DNA of 54,109 nucleotides from a virus (lineage: Duplodnaviria > Caudoviricetes), in the IMG/VR virus record IMGVR_UViG_3300027808_000037, positions 1 to 54,109 of that record; one strand, given 5' to 3'. The number at the start of each line of letters is the position of its first letter. Positions within the stretch are counted from its first letter, which is position 1. Shown piece after piece: positions 14,495 to 24,085 of this stretch. The notes under the pieces were generated by a model. That model ran no database searches and had not been told where the DNA came from. It saw only the letters and a list, made by a program, of their open reading frames with translations. The position numbers and the translations under genes were made by a program.

Positions 14495-15126
14495 ACCAAT
14501 TTGAACGTTTGACCCTGTTAATTGATTTACAATCAGATTGCATACTATGCATGGCATCAACTCGATCTAGCATTGCAGTCCCGACATTTAATGCATTAAA
14601 GCAAACAATGTTAGATACTGAAGTTAGATTGTTGTCAGCTAACTCTGCGGTCCTTAAAGATATTTCATTTGAAGCTGTTAGGACTAAATGCCTTTACCTG
14701 GGGTTTGCAAATGGATCATATCAACTTAAATCCTTGGAACTAGAAGGAGACGCATTGTCCAGACAGATTGCCCGCAAGAAGATAGCAGTGCGCAAATTAC
14801 ATTCAATTGAACGGTTACTCTGGCTAGAATTGCAAAATCTCAAAGAATGCATCAGCTATCAGGGTCTTGATTACGAACATTGTATTGCCCGTGGTGTTGC
14901 AGGAGATTCTAGCATCAATGAATATGCTGCAATTAATAGCCTAACTAACGAGCAAGCTCTTCGAGAACTTGAGTTTGATTTGAATGAGATACAAAATAAA
15001 AAAATGCGTATCTATGCTTGGCACAAGCATTTTGTAAGTAAAATTTCAGCTTGCCAATCTGACGAGGAACTTGACAACGTGGATGCTAATATAAATGCAC
15101 AGCTTTGGAGAGACGCACTAATATGA
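14491..15126 (+). CDS. Hypothetical helical protein
   Basis: ATGA-coupled 211-aa ORF. Confidence 0.7.
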   Translation: MNQFERLTLLIDLQSDCILCMASTRSSIAVPTFNALKQTMLDTEVRLLSANSAVLKDISFEAVRTKCLYLGFANGSYQLKSLELEGDALSRQIARKKIAVRKLHSIERLLWLELQNLKECISYQGLDYEHCIARGVAGDSSINEYAAINSLTNEQALRELEFDLNEIQNKKMRIYAWHKHFVSKISACQSDEELDNVDANINAQLWRDALI

Positions 15127-16223
15127 TTTCCTTATATGCGTACAATCCAAGTCGTGTGCAATTAGAATCAACCCCAGATGTGCTTCGATGGAAAAATATT
15201 AACAAGATTATCAATGACAATATTAGTTTCATTGATCGTACAGGATACATTAAACTACCTGTCAACACAAGCGCACCTGCAGAAGCTGCATTGCCAAAAT
15301 TTGACAACCGGTTTAGTTTAAGTTATACAGATTGCTGTCAACTTCAAGTACAACGTATTCTTAAACTACAAGAGCGTTTAGACAAGCCAATTCGACTAAT
15401 GTATTCCGGCGGCATTGATTCGAGTATGGTACTGCTGAGTTTTATCAACGAGTTGGGAGTTGAACGCCTTGGCACCAGATTAGAAATTGTTATGAGTTCA
15501 ATTTCCATTGACGAAAACCCTGCTATGTGGGAAAAGATTATTCGCCGCAGTGATATTCGATTGATCAACTCATTGGATTTTAATTCAGGCATCAGTTCTG
15601 ATTACATACTTGTTGGTGGAGAGTTTAACGACCAACTGTTTGGCTCAGCAATGATCAAAACATTGCTCAAATGGAAAACAGCACAAGAGCTGTTGGCACC
15701 ACGATCACTTTCTATGCTTGTGGAATACTTTACATGGGTTGGTCTTGATGTTCGCGAAGCAGAACGTTGGGCCGCTTTACTTGATGGATTAGCCAACAAT
15801 GCTGAGTGTGAAATTTATTCGACGTGGGATGTTTTTTGGTGGCTGAACTTTACCTGCAAGTGGACCAGCGTGTACTTTAGATTTCTAATCTTTAATCCAC
15901 AACAGCAACTTGATGCAAAATACCTGCAGGATAACTACATACAGTTCTTTGGCACAACAGAGTTTCAACAGTGGAGCATGAACGATCGAGATCACAAGCA
16001 TCACGGCACCTGGAACTCTTACAAATGGTACCCACGTCAACTGATTGCCAACTTTTTAGGCGACACGTCTTATTTGGAAAAAGCCAAACGCGGCAGTTTG
16101 TATCACGTGGTGAGGGCTCGCAAAAGCAATGATGCAATTGATAGCAATTATAATTTTGTAAATTTGTCAACTGTCAATAGTGAACTAATTTACAACGACA
16201 CAAATAGTTTTGTACAGGATTAA
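15123..16223 (+). CDS. Asparagine-synthetase-like ATP pyrophosphatase
   Basis: YSGGIDS PP-loop and GGEFNDQLFG (cf. GEGADELFG). Confidence 0.75.
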   Translation: MISLYAYNPSRVQLESTPDVLRWKNINKIINDNISFIDRTGYIKLPVNTSAPAEAALPKFDNRFSLSYTDCCQLQVQRILKLQERLDKPIRLMYSGGIDSSMVLLSFINELGVERLGTRLEIVMSSISIDENPAMWEKIIRRSDIRLINSLDFNSGISSDYILVGGEFNDQLFGSAMIKTLLKWKTAQELLAPRSLSMLVEYFTWVGLDVREAERWAALLDGLANNAECEIYSTWDVFWWLNFTCKWTSVYFRFLIFNPQQQLDAKYLQDNYIQFFGTTEFQQWSMNDRDHKHHGTWNSYKWYPRQLIANFLGDTSYLEKAKRGSLYHVVRARKSNDAIDSNYNFVNLSTVNSELIYNDTNSFVQD

Positions 16224-16224
16224 C

Positions 16225-17109
16225 ATGAAAAAATATTACGTAAAAGATGTTCCAGATGAATCAACAGTTATATCTTGGCTGTACAGCCAAAGTGACTGGA
16301 AGAAAGCAAACAACAGTTGTCAGCCACGTACGACTTATGATGAGTTAATGTGCTTTAATATTGACAACTTTGATGTTGACCAATTGCATACTGACATTGT
16401 TGATGCAACTACAGTTTATGGCGACCACGGTTGGGTGTCAAGTGAAGGCATTACGCCTTACTATACTGGATTTAGTTTGGTGTACAATCCATTCCACGTT
16501 GACAACTTGAACCCACACAGCTCTACACTAGGCACTCCAGTAAACAGTATCCAGAAAGATGAATTCTTTTGGAACAGTACACAAAAGCACAGTGTACTAA
16601 AAAACAGCTACTTTGATGGATATGGATTCAATCAACCAACACCGGCCAGTGGACACAAAAGTCTAGGTACATTTATGGATCGTTGCAAGCGCACTCGTGT
16701 ACGCAGCCGAATGAGTATCCTAAATGGCGAAGTGTTTGATGAAAAGCGCAAAGCAAAACGCGGCTGGCACAAGGACGAATTAGTGTTTGAAAACCTACGC
16801 ATTAACATTCCAATCACTACAACATCAGATTATTTGTTTCAAATTGAAAAGCATGAACCTGCACACTTGGATGTGGGCTGGGCATACTCGTGGGACACTA
16901 ATGTTTCGCATCGTGTGTTTACCAATGCACAAAACGATAGTCGCAGGATTCACTTGGTCCTTGGATTTAGTCCATGGTGGGACTACTTACCCGAAGAACA
17001 AGCATGGGTTCAAAATGAATTTTACGGAGTCAAGCATCCATTTGATATGTTGGTGGATGGCGACATTATGGACGGACTACATCTTGACACAACCAAAAAG
17101 ATATATTAA
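16225..17109 (+). CDS. Asp/Asn beta-hydroxylase-like oxygenase, close paralog of 11679-12554
   Basis: Shared blocks GFSLVYNP, LKNSYFDGYGFN, WHKD, LGFSPWWDY. Confidence 0.72.
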   Translation: MKKYYVKDVPDESTVISWLYSQSDWKKANNSCQPRTTYDELMCFNIDNFDVDQLHTDIVDATTVYGDHGWVSSEGITPYYTGFSLVYNPFHVDNLNPHSSTLGTPVNSIQKDEFFWNSTQKHSVLKNSYFDGYGFNQPTPASGHKSLGTFMDRCKRTRVRSRMSILNGEVFDEKRKAKRGWHKDELVFENLRINIPITTTSDYLFQIEKHEPAHLDVGWAYSWDTNVSHRVFTNAQNDSRRIHLVLGFSPWWDYLPEEQAWVQNEFYGVKHPFDMLVDGDIMDGLHLDTTKKIY

Positions 17110-17117
17110 AATACAAT

Positions 17118-17639
17118 ATGACAACACTTTTTGCAAATTTACCAATTCCAAGAGCACCACACTTCATTGGCGGATGTGATGAAGTTGTTGGCTCCGAAAC
17201 TGACTCAACTGGTCGCCAGTTGAGTATTTCATTTACTGATGTTGTGGCAGGCAGCCCTGCTATGTCGCTTTTCTTAAAGACCTACGCAGAAATTATTGAC
17301 ACTGGCTTTGCTGCGCCACTAGTGGTATGGGCCGACGTCAACAAGTCACACTGCATCTATGCTACTGATGCCAACAATACAGTAGTTGGTGGTATTGTGT
17401 TTGAATTTAGGCAGTTTGCCCGCGGCGGATGGATTACATTGTCATTCACGCACCCAGACAACCGTGGTCGCCGCATTAACCAACTATTACACAAATACGT
17501 GGTTGAATTTGTTAAACTACGCGGTGGTGATCATATTGCTTCACATGTACACGTAGACAATGCGTCTCGTTTAAAAAGTAGCGAGCGTGTTGGATTGAAG
17601 CCACAGTTTTATAGAATGCATCAGTCATTTAATGACTAA
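17118..17639 (+). CDS. GNAT-family acetyltransferase
   Basis: HPDNRGRRI (motif A), DNASRLKSSERVGL. Confidence 0.75.
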   Translation: MTTLFANLPIPRAPHFIGGCDEVVGSETDSTGRQLSISFTDVVAGSPAMSLFLKTYAEIIDTGFAAPLVVWADVNKSHCIYATDANNTVVGGIVFEFRQFARGGWITLSFTHPDNRGRRINQLLHKYVVEFVKLRGGDHIASHVHVDNASRLKSSERVGLKPQFYRMHQSFND

Positions 17640-18486
17640 GTTTGTGGTTCTGGTAGCTTTGTTGCTGACCTCAGTTGGAGCTTGGTCAAAGAAGCCTTTG
17701 CAAATTGCTGCGGTTGATGAAGCCCAGGCAATATTGGTATTTGATAGATCGGCAAATCGTGTAGTTGAAGGATTCAATACTAACTCTCAATTACCAATTG
17801 CATCTATTACAAAGATAATGACAGTGTATGTTGTATTAGAAAGCAATGCTGACTTAGACGAACTGATTACCGTTAAACGGCAGAAGATTGAAAGTAGTCG
17901 TAGTTTATCGCACGGCATGCGTGTAAGCCGTAGGGAATTGATTACGCTGAGCTTGGTAGCGTCGGACAACTTGGCTGCAAAGACTCTAGCAGTGGCGCAC
18001 CCTGCGGGCTACGATAATTTTATTGACACAATGAACTTGACAGCCAAGACGATTGGCATGCTCAATACTGTATACGTAGAACCAACTGGACTACTATTAA
18101 ACAAGAGCACTGCCTGGGATTTACATTTGTTAAACAGTGCAGTCAAGAAACATCGAGAATTCACAGCAGCCGCAATGACTGCACAAACAACTGCAAATAC
18201 TGTCAACTTAAAAGGAATCATCAAACATATTATGATTCGCAATACCAGTATGTTTGCAGGCAAGTATGATATCGCTGTGGGCAAAACTGGTTTTACAAAT
18301 CCAGCTGGTTGGTGCATTTCAATGCTGGTAACTCACAAAGGAAAAGAGTTTGATATCATTGTGCTGGGTAGTCCCAATAAGAAAACCAGAAACAACTTGG
18401 TCTCGGCAAAGCTAAAAGATTACATGAATGCATTTACAGCAAGTGCAGTGATCAAAGACATGGATGTCATTGACAACACAAATTAA
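17632..18486 (+). CDS. Peptidase S11 D-Ala-D-Ala carboxy/endopeptidase (PBP7-like), secreted
   Basis: ASITK (SxxK), SDN and KTG motifs; signal peptide. Confidence 0.88.
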   Translation: MTKFVVLVALLLTSVGAWSKKPLQIAAVDEAQAILVFDRSANRVVEGFNTNSQLPIASITKIMTVYVVLESNADLDELITVKRQKIESSRSLSHGMRVSRRELITLSLVASDNLAAKTLAVAHPAGYDNFIDTMNLTAKTIGMLNTVYVEPTGLLLNKSTAWDLHLLNSAVKKHREFTAAAMTAQTTANTVNLKGIIKHIMIRNTSMFAGKYDIAVGKTGFTNPAGWCISMLVTHKGKEFDIIVLGSPNKKTRNNLVSAKLKDYMNAFTASAVIKDMDVIDNTN

Positions 18487-19148
18487 ATACTAAATTGGTC
18501 TACTAGATTGGCCCAAGGCATAGTTGATCTGACACTTAATATAAGTCTCGGCCTTGCCCCGGTCCAATTAAGCGCATGGAGTATATCAGTTCTAACAAAA
18601 CTGGCGTACTCCTGTTTTCTTAATAAGGAAGTAGATTTAACCGATGGATCACCTAATGCTTGCCATCGTTCGGCAGGATTAGAACCAACTACTTGGAGTC
18701 GCCCAACTGCCTGGCCAGCAGGATTAGTAAACTTTTCGTTTGTTATTCTTGAGTCGTAACGATCAACATCCCACCAAACCATTTCAGTATCCTCGTCACC
18801 TGCCATAAGAATGTTAAAGCGAATAGGAATGTTTGTTTCAGTACCATCACCACCTGTTGTATCGATGTGCGGATTGCTCAGAACTGCATTGTGAGTCCTT
18901 GGTAATCGCTTGTAAATGAATAGCTGAGGATATGGATCTGTTATGGCGTAGGTTTGTAAGAATTCTGTAAGTTCTGCCCACGCAGTACTAGAGATGAACC
19001 GTTCATAATCCTGGTCCTTGAACTTAACCAAGGCACTTGGTGCTGGTGCATGTTGTTGGTAGTCTGCCACAATTGGTTCAAAAAACTCAGCCAGCCAGGC
19101 CCAGGATTGATCCGAAAATTTAAAGTTTACAGTAAGATAGCGATTCAT
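18483..19148 (-). CDS. 2OG-Fe(II) oxygenase-like protein
   Basis: PHID ... LHAL ... RLILSVR; start chosen just after TATAAATA. Confidence 0.6.
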   Translation of the reverse strand: MNRYLTVNFKFSDQSWAWLAEFFEPIVADYQQHAPAPSALVKFKDQDYERFISSTAWAELTEFLQTYAITDPYPQLFIYKRLPRTHNAVLSNPHIDTTGGDGTETNIPIRFNILMAGDEDTEMVWWDVDRYDSRITNEKFTNPAGQAVGRLQVVGSNPAERWQALGDPSVKSTSLLRKQEYASFVRTDILHALNWTGARPRLILSVRSTMPWANLVDQFSI

Positions 19149-19152
19149 ACGA

Positions 19153-19195
19153 TATTTATAAATAGGTTGACAGCATGATAAAGTTAGTATATAAT
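19153..19195. promoter_or_regulatory. Divergent promoters: late TATAAATA (-) and sigma70-type (+)
   Basis: Palindromic TATTTATAAATA; TTGACA(19167)-N17-TATAAT. Confidence 0.7.
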
Positions 19196-19216
19196 AGTAA
19201 AACATAAGGAGTAGTT

Positions 19217-19450
19217 ATGATTGTTCACATTAAAGTAGGCGTAGCAAAAGAGAACGGCAAGTGGGTTGGGCGCTGGCAGTCTACTAAGTGCGTAAGAGAC
19301 GGATTCGTATGCGACAACTGCACTGATTTTCCCAGCGAAATTCTAGCAAATCGTAGAGAAGAACTTGAGCGCAAAATGGATAAGGCCCTGCGCCTGGCAT
19401 TCCCTAAAGCCAGTTACATTGTTCAACACCGCGAGGCAATTGATGCGTGA
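19217..19450 (+). CDS. Hypothetical protein
   Basis: AAGGAG RBS. Confidence 0.7.
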   Translation: MIVHIKVGVAKENGKWVGRWQSTKCVRDGFVCDNCTDFPSEILANRREELERKMDKALRLAFPKASYIVQHREAIDA

Positions 19451-19664
19451 TTTGCAAGCTGAAGTAAAATCCACCAAGACGTTATTTGCATTTAGTGGAT
19501 TGATGTTTTTGTTTGGGTTAGTAGCACTGGCCATTGGCACGGAAATGATGGTGCTGGAATATTGGACAACCGATCCAACACATTTTTGGATTTGGCAAGG
19601 TGTGTGGTTTGTTGCAGTATCTTTTATTTTAGGTATAATTGTTAATCTTTCACAACGGAAGTAA
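19443..19664 (+). CDS. Small membrane protein with two TM segments
   Basis: Two hydrophobic segments; GAGG RBS. Confidence 0.65.
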   Translation: MRDLQAEVKSTKTLFAFSGLMFLFGLVALAIGTEMMVLEYWTTDPTHFWIWQGVWFVAVSFILGIIVNLSQRK

Positions 19665-19666
19665 TT

Positions 19667-20755
19667 ATGAAAAGATCCCTACTTGCTGCCTTACTGGCAA
19701 CCAGCTTCGGCTTTGCACATGCAGCCATTCCCGAAGTTAGCGCGGCCCGGCATACTGGCGGAATAGCAAGCGATCGAAACAATCGTGTATTTGCTCCGGC
19801 TAAAACAGTTGTACCATTGCCACAAAAAGAAAACTTGTCCTGGACTGATAAGCGTATTGCTGCCGAAGCAGAACGTTTAATTGATAACAACAAGACCACA
19901 GCAATCATTCTTATTGAACGTGGCAAGATTGTTTTTGAAAAATATAAAGAGCCTGCAAATCAAAACTCTCCATTGTTTTCACAATCAATGAGCAAAAGTC
20001 TAACAGCATACACCATTGGCAATATGTTGTGCGATGGTAAACTTCAATCGCTTAACGACCCAGCCAAGAAGTATGTTTCAGTGCTTGACGGAACTGCACC
20101 AGGCGATGCAAAGCTGAAGCATGTACTTTCAATGAGCAGCGGCACAGTAGACGCAAAGTATGCCGGCGAGCACGAAGATAATCAATGGAACAAAGTTCGC
20201 ACAGGAATATTATCAATCAAAGAAGTTATTGCCAAGCACGGTACAAAAAATATTGAACCTGGTAAGGAATTAAGGTACAGTGCATTAGATACATATACCT
20301 TGTCTCTAGTTGCGAATGAAACTGGTGGCTTCTTTGAAAGTTTTGAGAAACATATTTGGGAAGCCGCTGGCACCGAAGCATCGGGTTACTGGTTATATGA
20401 TAAGAACGGTGATGCAATGTCGGCGTCGGGATTTAGTGCTACTGGACGTGATTGGGGCCGCCTGGCAATGTTCTCTATCAAGCAAGCCAAAGCCAGTGGC
20501 TGTATTGGTGACTTTATGCGAGACGCAACACGAGCACAAGTACCAAATAATTCACGCCGTATAGGTGCCGCGTTTCCCAGTTATGGTTACCAAACTTGGA
20601 TTGGAAACTTTCGAGGCAAAGCCTCTTATTGGTGGGTTGGTTACGGTGGACAGCGTGTAGGCATTGACCCCGAATCAGAACGTATTATTGTGCTGACCAG
20701 TTATCGAGAAGATTACATGGCCGAAGTATACAAGCTGTGGGGCAATTGGAACTGA
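19667..20755 (+). CDS. Secreted serine hydrolase, beta-lactamase (class C-like) family
   Basis: SMSKS (SxxK), VLSMSSG, LRYS, YGYQTW and GYGGQ; signal peptide. Confidence 0.85.
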   Translation: MKRSLLAALLATSFGFAHAAIPEVSAARHTGGIASDRNNRVFAPAKTVVPLPQKENLSWTDKRIAAEAERLIDNNKTTAIILIERGKIVFEKYKEPANQNSPLFSQSMSKSLTAYTIGNMLCDGKLQSLNDPAKKYVSVLDGTAPGDAKLKHVLSMSSGTVDAKYAGEHEDNQWNKVRTGILSIKEVIAKHGTKNIEPGKELRYSALDTYTLSLVANETGGFFESFEKHIWEAAGTEASGYWLYDKNGDAMSASGFSATGRDWGRLAMFSIKQAKASGCIGDFMRDATRAQVPNNSRRIGAAFPSYGYQTWIGNFRGKASYWWVGYGGQRVGIDPESERIIVLTSYREDYMAEVYKLWGNWN

Positions 20756-21081
20756 TGGCAGCCGCAAACTTTAAGGGATTACCAGTTGGTCCCTGGCGTA
20801 CAAACGTAAAAACAAGTCATTGGCTACCTGTCAAAACATTTGTCACTTACGATGATGATACTGGGAATGAACGGATATTACTAATGCAACACATGCAAGC
20901 AGTTCTACAACAAGTAGCAACTGATCTTAAAGAGCATAAAATTGAAATTGTCAACGCCCAATGTGGCGATATGTTTGATCCACGATCATTTGAAACAGTA
21001 TATAAGTTAGCGGTTGGCTTCGGCAGTCAAGAAGATTTAGTGATGGCAAAATTGGTGTTAAAATGCGAAGAGTACGATTAA
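20755..21081 (+). CDS. Hypothetical protein
   Basis: TGATG coupling. Confidence 0.65.
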   Translation: MAAANFKGLPVGPWRTNVKTSHWLPVKTFVTYDDDTGNERILLMQHMQAVLQQVATDLKEHKIEIVNAQCGDMFDPRSFETVYKLAVGFGSQEDLVMAKLVLKCEEYD

Positions 21082-21314
21082 CAAATCTTGCCCTAGGCGA
21101 TCCAGATGATGTGGAAATTTATGCTGGCGCCGCGGTCTGGGACTGGATGCAGAAACCCGAGTTCGAAAGACTAAAAGTATTTAATATCACCGCTGACAAA
21201 ATGACTTGGACACGTGGTCCTATGTTGCCGCACAGTATTACCGTTGACGTTTGGACCGAAGTAGAAGAAGAAACAGCTATTTTACTCAAGTTGTCCGGAT
21301 TGTGTCAACTATAA
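21063..21314 (+). CDS. Hypothetical protein
   Basis: 83-aa ORF. Confidence 0.6.
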   Translation: MRRVRLTNLALGDPDDVEIYAGAAVWDWMQKPEFERLKVFNITADKMTWTRGPMLPHSITVDVWTEVEEETAILLKLSGLCQL

Positions 21315-21379
21315 CGCAGGCTACGGCGTTATATATGTATACAGACAATAATGTGTGTATATAACTTAAAAGGTATTTT

Positions 21380-21646
21380 ATGAAAATTGTATCCGCCCTA
21401 ATTGCAACATTGTTCGCCGCTTCTGCATTTGCTCAAGCACCTGCTGCCAAGAAAGAAGAAGTTAAGCCTGCTGCTCCGGCTGCAAGTGCCCCGGCTGCTA
21501 AACCAGCTGATGCTAAACCTGCTGCCAAACCAGCTGCCAAGAAAGAAGAAAAGAAAGCTACGGCAACGCCTGCAAAAAGTGCTCCTGCCAAGGTCGAAGC
21601 TGCACCAGCACCGGCTACTCCAGCAGTCAAGCCAGCAGCCAAGTAA
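21380..21646 (+). CDS. Secreted Ala/Pro/Lys-rich low-complexity protein
   Basis: Signal peptide ending AFA; KPAA repeats; AAGG RBS. Confidence 0.8.
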   Translation: MKIVSALIATLFAASAFAQAPAAKKEEVKPAAPAASAPAAKPADAKPAAKPAAKKEEKKATATPAKSAPAKVEAAPAPATPAVKPAAK

Positions 21647-21829
21647 TTTAAGCGCAGATGACAACGATGAAGATTATGGCCCAGATGAGCTTGATCTTCA
21701 TCGTAGTTACTCGAGACCTCAGTTAGTTAAGAAGTTTGAAGACTTAGACGATGACGAAGAACTATCTGATTACGTGCTTGGAAGGCTAGCATCTATACGT
21801 GCTTTAGCAATGGAGAAGTATAGACAAAA

Positions 21830-21855
21830 GTGGGGCTGAGAAGTCCCATTTTTTC
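21830..21855 (+). terminator. Intrinsic terminator
   Basis: TGGGGCT-GAGA-AGTCCCA followed by a T-run. Confidence 0.6.
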
Positions 21856-21881
21856 TGGTAAGTACTGTACAGGAGAATTAT

Positions 21882-22265
21882 ATGGCATACAGCGACAAAG
21901 TAATTGATCATTATGAGAACCCACGCAATGTTGGATCATTTGACAAAGGTGACGACTCAGTGGGCACCGGTATGGTCGGAGCACCTGCCTGCGGCGATGT
22001 AATGAAACTACAAATCAAAGTTGAAGATGGTATCATTACAGATGCAAAATTTAAAACGTACGGATGTGGTAGTGCTATTGCAAGCAGTTCGCTTATCACT
22101 GAAATGGTCAAAGGAATGAGCCTCGATCAAGCTGGTAGTATTAAGAACTCGGAAATTGCCGAAGAGCTGGCACTGCCTCCGGTTAAAATCCATTGCAGTA
22201 TTTTGGCCGAAGATGCTATCAAAGCCGCAGTGGCTGACTATAAAGCAAAGCACATCGGCACATGA
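21882..22265 (+). CDS. iscU: Fe-S cluster scaffold IscU
   Basis: YSDKVIDHYENPRNVG, APACGD, GCGSAIAS, LPPVKIHC. Confidence 0.97.
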   Translation: MAYSDKVIDHYENPRNVGSFDKGDDSVGTGMVGAPACGDVMKLQIKVEDGIITDAKFKTYGCGSAIASSSLITEMVKGMSLDQAGSIKNSEIAEELALPPVKIHCSILAEDAIKAAVADYKAKHIGT

Positions 22266-22588
22266 TTGCTATAACCGAACTTGCAGCCCAGAAGATAAAG
22301 AGAAACTTGGCCCGACGTGGTAAGGGTGTAGGTATTCGAATTGGAGTCAGGACCACAGGTTGCTCTGGGCTTGCTTATGTGTTAGAATACGTAGACAGTA
22401 TTGAATACGAAGTTGGTGTAACAAATTATGCGCAGTCTGATTTTGCAGTACTGGTTGGCGCAAAGGACGAACCATACTTGAATGGTTTAACAATGGATTG
22501 GGTCCGTAACGGACTTAACGAGGGTTTTGAATTTATCAACCCAAACGAACGCGACCGTTGTGGTTGCGGGGAAAGTTTTAGAGTCTAA
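22262..22588 (+). CDS. iscA: A-type Fe-S carrier IscA
   Basis: TTGCSGLAY and CGCGESF. Confidence 0.95.
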   Translation: MIAITELAAQKIKRNLARRGKGVGIRIGVRTTGCSGLAYVLEYVDSIEYEVGVTNYAQSDFAVLVGAKDEPYLNGLTMDWVRNGLNEGFEFINPNERDRCGCGESFRV

Positions 22589-22597
22589 GGAGACTGT

Positions 22598-22897
22598 ATG
22601 AAAAAGTTAGTTGCAATTTTATTGTTAGCAGTAGCATCCACTTCAGCAATGGCCCAGCATCATGGGCACGGTGGTCATCGACACAGCGGTCACTATCGTG
22701 GAAACAATTGGGTTGCACCTGCAATCATTGGCGGTGTTATTGGTTACGGATTGACTCGTCAGTATTACGAGCCTTACTATGCTCCTCAGGTTATAGTCCA
22801 ACCACCAGTGTACGTACAACCTGCGCCAGTGTGTACTCGCTACATTTATCAAGACCAATACGGAAACACATTACGGGAAGAGACTCGTTGTAATTAA
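22598..22897 (+). CDS. Secreted His/Gly/Pro-rich protein
   Basis: Signal peptide, HG-rich tract, QPPVYVQP. Confidence 0.75.
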   Translation: MKKLVAILLLAVASTSAMAQHHGHGGHRHSGHYRGNNWVAPAIIGGVIGYGLTRQYYEPYYAPQVIVQPPVYVQPAPVCTRYIYQDQYGNTLREETRCN

Positions 22898-22922
22898 ATT
22901 TTAGTTGTGTTACAATTCACTT

Positions 22923-23198
22923 ATGAAAATGAATGAACTTACCCAACTTGATCGACTGCTCAAGCATGTTGATCCAAAATTTGCAGATGACTTTTGCCAA
23001 ACTTGGTACGTGGATCTTGACCAATACAAAGAGCACCCAGATACTCTTTTGCTAATGGCCAATGCAGTGTTGTATCACTGGGGCATTCCTTTATACACTA
23101 CCGGTGTATCGTGGCACGATAAAGACGAATGTTTCATTTGGCACTTTGGTAAAAATACTTCTCCGGACTACAATAACTACAAGCAACAGGAGAACTAA
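22923..23198 (+). CDS. Hypothetical protein
   Basis: ORF filling the gap before 23199. Confidence 0.6.
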   Translation: MKMNELTQLDRLLKHVDPKFADDFCQTWYVDLDQYKEHPDTLLLMANAVLYHWGIPLYTTGVSWHDKDECFIWHFGKNTSPDYNNYKQQEN

Positions 23199-23837
23199 AT
23201 GAGTTTGAATTTTAACGGCAACTTTTCTGCAATAGCAGATCCACAGTGGACACTACCCGACGGCGAGCAACTCTCTCCATTAGTTATCCCAGATCGTCAA
23301 GGACCTTGGGCAGTACGTTACATTTGGGTCAAACACCGCGATCAGAATGATGAGTTTGTTGCCAATTACTTTAACAAAGGCAACAATGCAACAGGCACTG
23401 GCCTAAACTTACGCAAGCAAACTACACACATGCAAACAGCATGGAACCCACATAATCAAATCTTTGAAACAAGCCGTGATAACGGTAACCTAGTCTGGCG
23501 GGTAAAGGTACATAATCCTGTTGCCAACAGTATTGACTATGTTGAAGTTTGGCGCAGTCCCGAAATTATCAGTTCAATGTTCCGCTACATTAAAGAAGGC
23601 GAAGCAGTCAAAGTAACTGATGGAGTAGTGCGAACATCTGCTGATCAAAAGACTCTTCGTAATGGATTGTACGATGCAGGCTTTGAAGTTCGTCGTTGGA
23701 GAGATTCGGAAACAAACTGGCCCACAGTAACTCCACAAGTTGCTATGATGTGGTACCGTCATTTTGTAAAGAAGCATCTTGCTCAAGATAACTGTATCAT
23801 CAACACCAAGTACAACGCAGAACTAAATCCAATTTAA
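23199..23837 (+). CDS. Hypothetical protein
   Basis: AGGAG RBS, 212 aa. Confidence 0.75.
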   Translation: MSLNFNGNFSAIADPQWTLPDGEQLSPLVIPDRQGPWAVRYIWVKHRDQNDEFVANYFNKGNNATGTGLNLRKQTTHMQTAWNPHNQIFETSRDNGNLVWRVKVHNPVANSIDYVEVWRSPEIISSMFRYIKEGEAVKVTDGVVRTSADQKTLRNGLYDAGFEVRRWRDSETNWPTVTPQVAMMWYRHFVKKHLAQDNCIINTKYNAELNPI

Positions 23838-23839
23838 TC

Positions 23840-24049
23840 ATGGACTTGGACCTACACGGCATACGACACTCTGAAGTGGATCGATTGGTAGAGAACTTTA
23901 TCTATCTGAATCAATCGAGTATGCCCCTTAAAATCATCTGCGGTAACAGCAATACAATGATTAATTTGGTCCAGGAAGTAATTGAACGTATTGGGTGTGA
24001 AACATCGGCCCTGCAATTTGGTACAATCGTAGTTGACAAATTTCGTTGA
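23840..24049 (+). CDS. Stand-alone Smr (small MutS-related) domain protein
   Basis: LDLHG N-terminus and IICGNS (cf. IIHGKG). Confidence 0.65.
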   Translation: MDLDLHGIRHSEVDRLVENFIYLNQSSMPLKIICGNSNTMINLVQEVIERIGCETSALQFGTIVVDKFR

Positions 24050-24061
24050 CTACTGTATAAT
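24033..24061 (+). promoter_or_regulatory. Sigma70-type promoter for clpP
   Basis: TTGACA-N17-TATAAT. Confidence 0.8.
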
Positions 24062-24085
24062 TTAATTTTAGACAAAGGAAGAAGA

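Noticed and set aside
19667-20755. Bona fide antibiotic-resistance beta-lactamase
   Set aside because: Motifs fit the broad serine-hydrolase family (YSA rather than YxN, no KTG); activity cannot be inferred
21398-21664. Antisense ORFs over the APK-rich gene and other shadow ORFs (e.g. 36207-36770, 52297-52914)
   Set aside because: Explained by codon bias of the sense genes
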